DNA from: Candidatus Omnitrophota bacterium
Lineage (GTDB): Bacteria > Omnitrophota > Omnitrophia > Omnitrophales > Aquincolibacteriaceae
Reading direction: 5' to 3'
DNA length: 26,293 nucleotides
Assembly: GCA_043803685.1 (NCBI GenBank)
Contig: JAZDJU010000006.1
Location: forward strand, 1 to 26,293
Shown one piece after another: positions 16,808 through 25,100 of this stretch. The position numbers and the translations under genes are program-made. Under the pieces are notes generated by a model that saw only the letters and a list, made by a program, of their open reading frames with translations, searched no databases and was not told where the DNA came from. The number at the start of each line of letters is the position of its first letter. Positions within the stretch are counted from its first letter, which is position 1.

Positions 16808-17457
16808 TCGCCCCCCCGCTGAAGAAGTTCCCGAAGGATCGTTCGAGACGAAAAAACCTTCCGGGATCGCTCTTTGGCAAAGCACATTTGGAGATAGCGC
16901 GCGACGATATCGATCTCCAGATTCACTTCCGAACCCACCCGTTTAAGACCCAAGGTCGTGACCTTGAGCGTATGCGGGATCACCGCGATCTGAAATGTCT
17001 TCCCGCGAACTTTCTGCACCGTCAAGCTGATCCCATCACAAGCAACAGACCCTTTATCCGCGAGAAGCTGAATTATATCCTTGGAAGCGGTCAAGAACAA
17101 GGTCGTATTCCTGCCTCGCTTCTCGATCTTCACGATCGTGCCACGGCCATCGATATGCGCGGTCACAAAGTGCCCGCCCAGTCCAGACCCGATCGTGAGC
17201 GACCTCTCAAGGTTCACTCGTCCACCGTGTTCTAACGATCCCAACGTGGTCGCCTCCAGGGTTTGGCGCACCACATCCACTTCAAATCCGCTTGGCTGAA
17301 CACGCACCGCGGTGAGACACACTCCAGACACCGCAATGCTGTCGCCGATCTTCAGACCTTTCTCTTTTCTCCAGAACCGGAACCCGAACCGTACCTGGCC
17401 GCCGCGTTCCTCTTTCTTTACAACGATCCCCTGATTCTCAACAATCCCTGTGAACAT
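16786..17457 (-). CDS. ribE: Riboflavin synthase (alpha chain)
   Basis: MFTGIVE, GDSIAVSGVCLT, VNLER, GGHFV.AHIDG, KGS..DGISLT, IPHT, VNLE.D. Confidence 0.96.
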   Translation of the reverse strand: MFTGIVENQGIVVKKEERGGQVRFGFRFWRKEKGLKIGDSIAVSGVCLTAVRVQPSGFEVDVVRQTLEATTLGSLEHGGRVNLERSLTIGSGLGGHFVTAHIDGRGTIVKIEKRGRNTTLFLTASKDIIQLLADKGSVACDGISLTVQKVRGKTFQIAVIPHTLKVTTLGLKRVGSEVNLEIDIVARYLQMCFAKERSRKVFSSRTILRELLQRGGEWKKDLN

Positions 17458-17468
17458 AGTCCCTTCCC

Positions 17469-18584
17469 TTATTTTTTGTGAATAGTCCCTTCAAAGATCC
17501 AGTCGTCCCCTGATTGCGTCACGCCGGACGTTTTAAAAGAAAAGGCTTCGTGCGGAGCCCCCACGCCCAGACCTTCCACGGATGTCTTGGCGCGCCGTCC
17601 TCCGAATATCTTCGGCGACAGGATCCAAAAAGCACGATCCACACATCCAGCCGCCAAAAATGACCAAGCCCATTCTCCTCCGCCTTCCACCAAAAGTTTT
17701 GTCACCCCTAGCGCCGCGAGTTTTCTCAAAAGTTCGCGAACGCCAACCCGGCCCTGCTTTTCCATGACAGGCAAAAGCATCAACGTTCCCTTTTGATTCT
17801 CGGACCTTCTGACGATCGTCTTGAGGTCCTTCTCCGGAAATACAAGAATCGTAAGTCGATCATCTTCAAAGATACGTGCTTTCGAAGACCAACCTTTCGC
17901 AGAAACCACGACGATCTTCCAAGGCTTCCCGGCCGCTAGCGAACGTGAGCCCCTCGGAACCGTCAGCCGGGGATCATCCTGGTAGAATGTATTCTTCCCT
18001 ACCAGGACCGCCTCGTGCTCCGCCCGAAGTTTATGAACAAATTCCCGTGAGGGCGGCGAGGAGATCCATCGGGAAAGCCCTTGGCGCGTCGCGATCTTGC
18101 CATCCAGCGTCTGCGCCATTTTAAGCGTCACGAACGGACGCTTTTGGGTCATATATTTGAAAAACCCCTCATTCTGCCGGCGAACTTCGTTTTCTAAAAC
18201 GCCGACCGTAACGGTTATCCCCTGCTGCCGCAAAAAACGGACGCCCTTGCCGCGATTCATAGGATTGGGATCGAGACAACCGATCACCACCCTTTTGATC
18301 CCGTTTTCTTTGATTTTCGTAACACAAGGCGGAGTCTTTTGCCATGTCGCACATGGTTCTAAGGTCACGTAAAGCGTGGCGCCCCGAGCTTTTTTTCCGG
18401 CCCTGGCGAGTGCGTTCGGCTCCGCATGCGCCTCCCCGAATTTTTCATGAAAACCATAACCCACAAGTTTCCCTCCAAAAACAACGCACGCTCCGACCAT
18501 AGGATTGGGACTGACGTAAAAACGCCCCTTCTCCGCCAATGAGAGCGCTCGCCTCATCCACGATTCATCCGGCGGAAGGGTCAT
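17469..18584 (-). CDS. ribD: Bifunctional pyrimidine deaminase/reductase
   Basis: PNPMVGA, HAE, TLEPC...TPPC, K.AQTLDGKIA, DDPRLT, LLVEGG; start re-set to ATG 18584 overlapping the nusB end. Confidence 0.95.
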   Translation of the reverse strand: MTLPPDESWMRRALSLAEKGRFYVSPNPMVGACVVFGGKLVGYGFHEKFGEAHAEPNALARAGKKARGATLYVTLEPCATWQKTPPCVTKIKENGIKRVVIGCLDPNPMNRGKGVRFLRQQGITVTVGVLENEVRRQNEGFFKYMTQKRPFVTLKMAQTLDGKIATRQGLSRWISSPPSREFVHKLRAEHEAVLVGKNTFYQDDPRLTVPRGSRSLAAGKPWKIVVVSAKGWSSKARIFEDDRLTILVFPEKDLKTIVRRSENQKGTLMLLPVMEKQGRVGVRELLRKLAALGVTKLLVEGGGEWAWSFLAAGCVDRAFWILSPKIFGGRRAKTSVEGLGVGAPHEAFSFKTSGVTQSGDDWIFEGTIHKK

Positions 18585-19014
18585 GATCCTTGGGGGCCTT
18601 GGGTTTTTCGGTGTGGCTGATCTTGTCCAGAACGCCATTGACGAATTTTCCGGATTCTTCCTGAGAAAATTTTTTGGCCAAATTCACCGCTTCATTCAGG
18701 GTCACCTTCGGCGGAACATCGGCAAGGTAAAGAAGTTCGTAGGTTGCCAAACGCATGATGTTACGATCGATCATGGCCATCCTGGAAATTTCCCAGTTGT
18801 CCGCATAACGCTCAATGACCTTATCGATCTCCGGAAAATTCTCGACCGTTCCGGCCGCAAGCTTCCCCGCAAAACTGCGGACGTCTTCGGCAAAGGCTTC
18901 ATCCTGCTGCGTCCAGAATTTCCCAAGAATCTCAGGGATCGGTTCCGGATTCATCTCGTACTGATAGAGGATCTGAAGCGCGCACTCCCGGGACTGTGTT
19001 CTTTTGCGAAGCAT
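18565..19014 (-). CDS. nusB: Transcription antitermination factor NusB
   Basis: R..SRE.ALQ.LY, W...RM..IDRNI.RLA.YEL, P.KV.LNEAV.LAK.F, FVNGVLD. Confidence 0.96.
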   Translation of the reverse strand: MLRKRTQSRECALQILYQYEMNPEPIPEILGKFWTQQDEAFAEDVRSFAGKLAAGTVENFPEIDKVIERYADNWEISRMAMIDRNIMRLATYELLYLADVPPKVTLNEAVNLAKKFSQEESGKFVNGVLDKISHTEKPKAPKDHDPSAG

Positions 19015-19048
19015 GGAGTTTCCTTTGTGCCCACCCCGAAATCGAAAG

Positions 19049-19546
19049 CTATTTCTTTCTCTTCAGGGCTTTGGGACTTTTGACGGATAACTGATCGTTA
19101 AGACTGGCGATCTCGAGCGCGGCTAGCGCTGCCTGCTCGCCCTTATTACCATGTTTGAGTCCAGCGCGATCGATCGCCTGCTCCAGATTATCGACCGTGA
19201 TTACGCCAGTCGCGATCGGGGTCCCCGTCTCAAGCGCCACCTGATCGATCCCACGCGTCAATTCATTCGACACACATTCAAAATGGTAGGTCCCGCCACG
19301 AATCACGCAACTGAGCGCGATCACGACATCGCAATGCTTCTGAGTTTTTATTTTTTTGCAAAAGAAAGGGACTTCGAGGCCGCCGGGAACCCAAACAACC
19401 TTGATATTCCTCTCCGGCACCCCAGCCTTGCGTAAGGTGGTGAGAGCTCCCGCCAGCAATCGATCGGTAATGTATTGATTGAACCGGGAAACGATGATGC
19501 CAAATTTTCTGTTCCCCGCAATGATAGATCCGTGATAAGCGTTCAT
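19049..19546 (-). CDS. ribH: 6,7-dimethyl-8-ribityllumazine synthase
   Basis: SRFN..IT..L..GA, VPG..E.P, VIRG.T.HF, QA.DRAG...GNKG. Confidence 0.96.
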   Translation of the reverse strand: MNAYHGSIIAGNRKFGIIVSRFNQYITDRLLAGALTTLRKAGVPERNIKVVWVPGGLEVPFFCKKIKTQKHCDVVIALSCVIRGGTYHFECVSNELTRGIDQVALETGTPIATGVITVDNLEQAIDRAGLKHGNKGEQAALAALEIASLNDQLSVKSPKALKRKK

Positions 19547-20757
19547 GATCCAGACCCCGGACCAAAGAGATGCCCCAGCTTGTCTTTCTTGGTTTGCATA
19601 TATTTTGCGCTCACTGGATTGTGTGGCATGACAATGGGAAGGCGCTCAACCACCTGTAATCCATAGCCCTCCAACCCCACGATCTTCCGGGGATTATTCG
19701 TCATGAGACGCAGTTTCGAAAGACCAAGGTCGTGAAGGATCTGGGCCCCGATCCCGTAATCCCGAAGATCCGGTTTAAAACCAAGGGCTTCATTCGCCTG
19801 GACCGTATCCAATCCGTGCTTGTCCTGCAATTCGTATGCTTTGATCTTATTCGCCAGACCGATCCCTCGGCCTTCCTGACGCATATAGAGAATGACGCCC
19901 GCACCTTCCTGCTGGATCATCTTCATGGCGGAAACCAACTGCTCCTGGCAATCACAACGCAAGGAACTCAAAACCTCCCCCGTAAAACATTCTGAGTGTA
20001 CGCGCACAAGCGCCGGCTTGTCGCCGATCTCTCCCTGGATTAGTGCGACATGTTGCGCCCCATCAACGAGCGACTCGTAGATCCGGATGGTCCAGCTCCC
20101 GAATTTTGTCGGAAGATTCGCCTCGCTCACTTTTTTGACAAGCTTGTCCCTCTGTGTACGATAGGCGATCAGATCCCGAATTGTCCCGATCTTGAGTCCA
20201 TGGGTCTCGGCAAACGACAAAAGATCAGAAAGACGCGCCATTTTACCGTCATCATTAATGATCTCGCAGATCACGGCGGCCGGAGGAAGTCCAGCGGCCT
20301 GCACCAGATCCACGGCAGCTTCCGTATGACCGGCCCGGCACAACACACCTCCGCGCTTTGCCAGCAACGGAAAAATATGCCCCGGGATCACGAGATCTTC
20401 GCGCCGCGTCTTGGCGTCCGATAAAAGCTCGATCGTTCGATTGCGGTCGTATGCCGAGATCCCGGTCGTGACACCGATCTTCGCATCCACCGATACCGTG
20501 AAAGCTGTTTTCATCGGATCCTCCGGCGCAGGGTTCATCTGATCGAGCCCGAGCGCCTGAATGCGGTCTGCCGCCATGGGAACACAGATCAACCCGCGCG
20601 CAAATTTCATCATGAAATTGACCATCTCGGGAGTCGTCTTAGATGCCGCAAACACAATATCCCCCTCATTTTCGCGAATCTCGTCATCGGTCACGATGAC
20701 CATACGTCCATCGCGAAGATCCTGGAGGATCTCATCGGTCGAATTAAGTGATTTCAT
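19543..20757 (-). CDS. ribBA: Bifunctional DHBP synthase / GTP cyclohydrolase II
   Basis: DDE.RENEGD, TAFTVS, RAGHTEA, VRVHSEC.TG......[32 protein letters not shown] 20757 (GGAG SD) or GTG 20763. Confidence 0.97.
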   Translation of the reverse strand: MKSLNSTDEILQDLRDGRMVIVTDDEIRENEGDIVFAASKTTPEMVNFMMKFARGLICVPMAADRIQALGLDQMNPAPEDPMKTAFTVSVDAKIGVTTGISAYDRNRTIELLSDAKTRREDLVIPGHIFPLLAKRGGVLCRAGHTEAAVDLVQAAGLPPAAVICEIINDDGKMARLSDLLSFAETHGLKIGTIRDLIAYRTQRDKLVKKVSEANLPTKFGSWTIRIYESLVDGAQHVALIQGEIGDKPALVRVHSECFTGEVLSSLRCDCQEQLVSAMKMIQQEGAGVILYMRQEGRGIGLANKIKAYELQDKHGLDTVQANEALGFKPDLRDYGIGAQILHDLGLSKLRLMTNNPRKIVGLEGYGLQVVERLPIVMPHNPVSAKYMQTKKDKLGHLFGPGSGS

Positions 20758-20791
20758 ACTCACTCCGAAGTTAAATTAAAAAACTTGGGAC

Positions 20792-20820
20792 ATGCTAACA
20801 ACAACGACTTTCATTGTCAA
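20792..20820 (-). promoter_or_regulatory. Sigma70-type promoter of the rib operon
   Basis: TTGACA (20820-20815), 17 nt, TAGCAT (20797-20792) with extended TGn. Confidence 0.75.
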
Positions 20821-20863
20821 AACCTGTTTTCCTAACCCCTTCATGACATTAAAGTTAGGCCCC

Positions 20864-20892
20864 TTGACAGAAAGCACTGCGGCGGTTAGGGT
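20864..20892 (+). promoter_or_regulatory. Divergent sigma70-type promoter with no downstream plus-strand gene
   Basis: TTGACA (20864-20869), 17 nt, TAGGGT (20887-20892). Confidence 0.5.
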
Positions 20893-20898
20893 TGTTCT

Positions 20899-21097
20899 GG
20901 GAGGCATTATAGATTATTTCTTTGACAATGTGGAACGGTTGGAAGGACAAGACACTGTTCCCTTCGAAAGCTAAAGCCCTAGCGTGAGCAAAATAGCCAC
21001 AGCCTGAAGGGTTTCGCCTGACGAGCAATAAGCTCTTTCATTTAATAATGTTGCTAGATAAAGCGGAATCCTCGAACTCACCGCTAGGGCTTTTTTT
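20899..21097 (+). ncRNA. Candidate structured non-coding RNA or orphan leader (class unknown)
   Basis: Promoter upstream; nested complementarity 20973-20988/21077-21093, 21008-21017/21063-21072, 21024-21030/21049-21055; T7 tract at 21091-21097. Confidence 0.45.
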
Positions 21098-21110
21098 ATT
21101 CACCCGTCTT

Positions 21111-21977
21111 TCAAGCCGACTTGCCAGCTTTAAGTTTCAAAGAAGAGCCTAGCTGATCCACAGCATCCATGATATTGATAGGCACGGCCAACACCACCGT
21201 GTTGGAAGCCGTAGGCCCTAAGCCATCGATCGTCTGGAGAGTTCTGAGCTGCATGGCTCCAGGACTTTCAGCCATGGTCTTGGCCGCTAAAGCGAGGTTC
21301 GCTGCGGCATCGCGATCCCCTTCCGCCTTCGTGATCGTTGCGCGCTTTTCGCGTTCCGCGGAAGCTTGGCGAGACATCATCTTCTTGAGCTCCTCCGGCA
21401 TATCGATGTCCTGAATACGAATCCCAGTCACCTCAAGCCCCCAGGCTTCCGTATCCTTCTCCACATTCGCCTCGATCTTCTTGCCGATCTCTTCGCGTTC
21501 GGTCAGCAGTTGGTCGAGCGTCATCTGCCCGATCACATCCCGAAGTGAAGTTTGGGCATACTGCGATATCGCATAGCGATAGTCCTGAACCTTGATGATG
21601 GCGTTCGACGGATCATCCACCTTAAAGAAAATCACGCCGTTGATCTTCACCGGAACATTGTCCCTAGTAATGACCTGTTGGGCAGGAATGTCCATGGTCA
21701 GAACACGCATATCGATCTTCCGAGCCTCTTCGATGATGGGGATCACAAAGAAAAGCCCAGGTCCTGAAATGCGGCTGAATTTCCCAAGTTGAAAAATGAC
21801 CCCTTTTTCCCATTGAGCCGCCATCTGAACGCCTGAGGCAATAACCATGGAAATGAAGAACCAGATCATGCCGAGGAAAGCCCCTAGGCCCTGGTTCGCC
21901 ATAAATAGAGGCGCGCCCAAAAGAAAGCCAACGATGAGCAACACGAAAAAAATAAGCGCTGAGATAGGATTGTTCAT
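21111..21977 (-). CDS. SPFH/band 7 (stomatin/slipin-like) membrane protein
   Basis: WEKGVIFQLG, GPGL...P, IDMR......Q.VITRDNV, AQTSLRD.IG, WG.EV..I.I.D, QA.AERE.RA, AMQLR.LQT; ATG 21977 with GGAGG (alternative GTG 22088). Confidence 0.93.
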   Translation of the reverse strand: MNNPISALIFFVLLIVGFLLGAPLFMANQGLGAFLGMIWFFISMVIASGVQMAAQWEKGVIFQLGKFSRISGPGLFFVIPIIEEARKIDMRVLTMDIPAQQVITRDNVPVKINGVIFFKVDDPSNAIIKVQDYRYAISQYAQTSLRDVIGQMTLDQLLTEREEIGKKIEANVEKDTEAWGLEVTGIRIQDIDMPEELKKMMSRQASAEREKRATITKAEGDRDAAANLALAAKTMAESPGAMQLRTLQTIDGLGPTASNTVVLAVPINIMDAVDQLGSSLKLKAGKSA

Positions 21978-22128
21978 GGAAGTCCTCCGGGTTGGAGTTG
22001 CAAAATCCCTGCGGCCCGCTGATCGAAGCGAAGAGTTGGCTGTCTTCAGGGTTTCAAAAATATCGTTCAGGTTAGGTTCGTTTTCCACAACAGGAACACT
22101 CCGCTTTGATATAAAAAAGATCGAGCGG

Positions 22129-22157
22129 ATTCTAACCCAGCGAAAATTTTATTGCAA
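22129..22157 (-). promoter_or_regulatory. Sigma70-type promoter of the SPFH gene, overlapping the stop of the giant gene
   Basis: TTGCAA (22157-22152), 17 nt, TAGAAT (22134-22129). Confidence 0.6.
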
Positions 22158-25100
22158 GCCACCAATCTCCAGAAGAAGATTACCGGAAGTACCGCTCAAT
22201 ACGGAGTACTGGTCCACGCCAAATTTGATCGATTTCACCTTGCTGAGATCGACCTTCGCAGCCGCGAGAGCTGTCAGGAATTTGTAATAACCCGACCCGA
22301 CAATATCTGTATTGGATGTGCGATAGGTATTCCCCTGCGCATCCTGGATTTCAATATTGATGTTCGTCGCTGTGGCTGAATTGATCCCGAAGATCAGCTG
22401 TGAGACTGCAGAGAGGTCGGCACTGCTCCCATTATTACTGGGATCGAAATTCAGCTTGATCTCCGCAAAGGCGTTCGCCGCCGTCAGATCAAAATGAAGG
22501 TTGAAAAGGTTCGTACCCGCCGTGTGCTGAAGCGTACTACCTGCGGAGGAACTCACGAGTTGCGCGACACCGCTTACAGAAGCGCTGTTGGCTGGCAGCA
22601 CCGTCACCGCCGGTGAACCTGCCTCCGCCGTAAAAGCCACTACAGGCGCGGACGGCACATGCTGGAAATTCATGGCGTGAAGGGTGAAGTCCGCGGTCGC
22701 GTCTCCCCCCTCCTGCGCATCGGCAACAAGATCGATCTCACGAACATTCGCGAGGATCGCATCGTCCGGAAGATCGATCACAAGGCGCGCAAACTCCGCT
22801 CCCTGTTGGAGAGCTACAGTTGTCTGATAAAGCAATGTTCCCGAGCCATCCTTGAGCTCAAGACGCACAAGCTGCGGCGAATCCACCGCGGAGTACTGGA
22901 GGATCAGTTGGTTCGCCTGAGCATTATAGTTCTGATCCAACATCCAAAAATGTCCGCCATCCACTCCCAGAAGGTTGGTGTAAGCGAGACGCACTCCATA
23001 ATTCTGCGTCGTCGCCGCCTGGAAATGGTTGATCGTGCCTTCGGAGCTTAAGTTTGAGAAAACCGCCATCGAGCGGTCCGGGAACTCGGGAGCACTCGGA
23101 AGATCCGAAGTGGTCCGGCTGACATTCAGCTGTCGACTCGTACTGTCATAAAGAGTGTTGTATGCGTTTTCAAGCCCACGGTTCCGAAGATAGGCCGTGA
23201 AGTCGGCCGGACCATTCCCCGAAAGACCCAGGATCGTCGACGCCACGTCAATGCCGAGAAAACGATTGCTGACCTCGGTGCTGGACCGGGCGCCATCGTA
23301 AAGCCCGTAGCTCCCCGTCGTCCCAACAAGGTTATCGATGGCATACAGCCATCCTAAGACCGCGTTATGATCAATCGCCCTCGCGGACGCCAACGCGTAT
23401 GTGGAACCCACATCGCCCAAGATCGTATTCGTGGAGGAGGGCACCATATTGGCTTCGGCGATCTCCGGAATACCCGCCCCTCCGGCATAACTCCCCTCAG
23501 GGGTCATACTCGCCGACAGAATACCGGGAATGCGGTTCTGATAGGCATAGTCCAACTGGGTCGCGAGCATATTGTAAAGCGAATTCCTGAAACCGATATA
23601 ACTGCTCTCATCATTGCGAAGTGCGGGCCAAAAAGTCTGGAAGGCCCCGCCATCCCACGGAGCCAGATTCTCGATCACAACCCCGTTCCTGTCAGTGTAA
23701 GCGTCATTAGTACTAGTAGCCAGATTGCTCCAAACGGAATTAGGGACTCCCGCGTAATAGACCGCAAGGAACGCGACCGCACCGCGAAATTCATTCGCAA
23801 GACGATCGATATAACCAGAATAAGCCCCGTCAGAAACGTCATAGGCAGCACGGAAAATACCAAAAGTGCCATCGACGAAAGACGCGTACCCCGCAGCCTG
23901 GTTATTGAGATATTGATCCGCTTGAGTCGCGGCCTGCTGAGCAGAAGTGAGCTCAGCGCCAGTCAGTCCCGCTGATTCAAGCGCTCCTACCATCACAGCG
24001 ATACTCTGAGACAGGTTGGCATTGTCCCCCAAAGCGATTGTATCGCCACTCGCCGCCGTGGGATTCAGATTAAGCCACGGGATCATTCCATTCCAACCAT
24101 AAGTGGTTTGAGCGCTACGTAGATTCGTCATGACCGTATTGATCTCGGTCAAAGCCTCACTCCGCGTCATCCCGTTGCTGATCTTCCCAGACACGACATC
24201 ACCCAGGATCTGCAAATAGAAACCAATAAGCGTAGGCTGGGTGTAACGACCCGGAGTAGCCCCCGCAGTGCCCAAATTATCGTAGGGAAAATGCGTCGTC
24301 GAATCGACTCCCACACCGATATCAAAATAATCGAGGCCCTCCTGGACCAAAGCGGCCTTCGTCGCTTCAAAAACAGCGACGGGTGTCGGCGCAGCATAGG
24401 AAAGCCCCGGCGTCTGAACCCTGACGAAGTCGTTCATGCGGGGAGATCCGATCGTATGATCCTGGACGAACACGATTTCCTTGATCTGTGCATAGTTCAC
24501 TCCCGCAGGAATATTGAGAGTGAAATTCTGGAACGAAGAGGTCAACTGGATCACAAAAGTGGCCTTATTATTGCTCGCATCCGTGATCTCGATCTTTGTT
24601 CGCTCCCCATCCGATCCACGAGCCGCGAAAACATACTGCGCACTTGGAAGACTGTAAGCCACTCCACCCAACGTAAGCGCATTGAAGGCAAAACAGGTCG
24701 GACTCGGAGAAAGATCATATTCGTATTCGAATTCATTGGCCGAATTCTGCGTCATTCTGAGCACCGCCGCCGGCTCACCGGAGGTGATGTTGCCGGAACC
24801 TGCGGCAATAACGGGGTTGGAAGCCGCGAGAGAAGTCAACCCAGCATAATTGTAAGTCGACCCGGTCACCGCCGAAACATATTTCAAGCCCTTCGTTTCC
24901 ACGGTGTAATCCGTCGTCCCAACCTCATCGCTCACGAAATTGATCGCCGCCATCGTCGTGGTGAACCCCGTCAGATCAAAAGTGAAGTTCTGCTGCGCCG
25001 CGGCGAGCGTCACTAAAAACTCTTTCTTGACGCCTAGCGTGTTCAAAAACTCAATTTTAACCTTTTTCCCGACGGTACCATTTAAGGCCAGGATCACACT

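Noticed and set aside
20792..20974. 60-aa plus-strand ORF in the intergenic region
   Set aside because: Runs across both promoter motifs, starts upstream of the plus-strand promoter, no convincing SD or motif
21018..21080. Hammerhead-like core CTGACGAG...CTCGAAC
   Set aside because: GAAA and the UH cleavage triplet are not present and no stem I can be formed adjacent to the CUGA
20764..21110. FMN, c-di-GMP-I or glycine riboswitch, or SRP RNA, upstream of ribBA
   Set aside because: Signature sequences (e.g. AGGGCGGGGTGAAATTCCC for FMN, GGAAGGAAGCAG for SRP) not seen on either strand; only fragmentary resemblance
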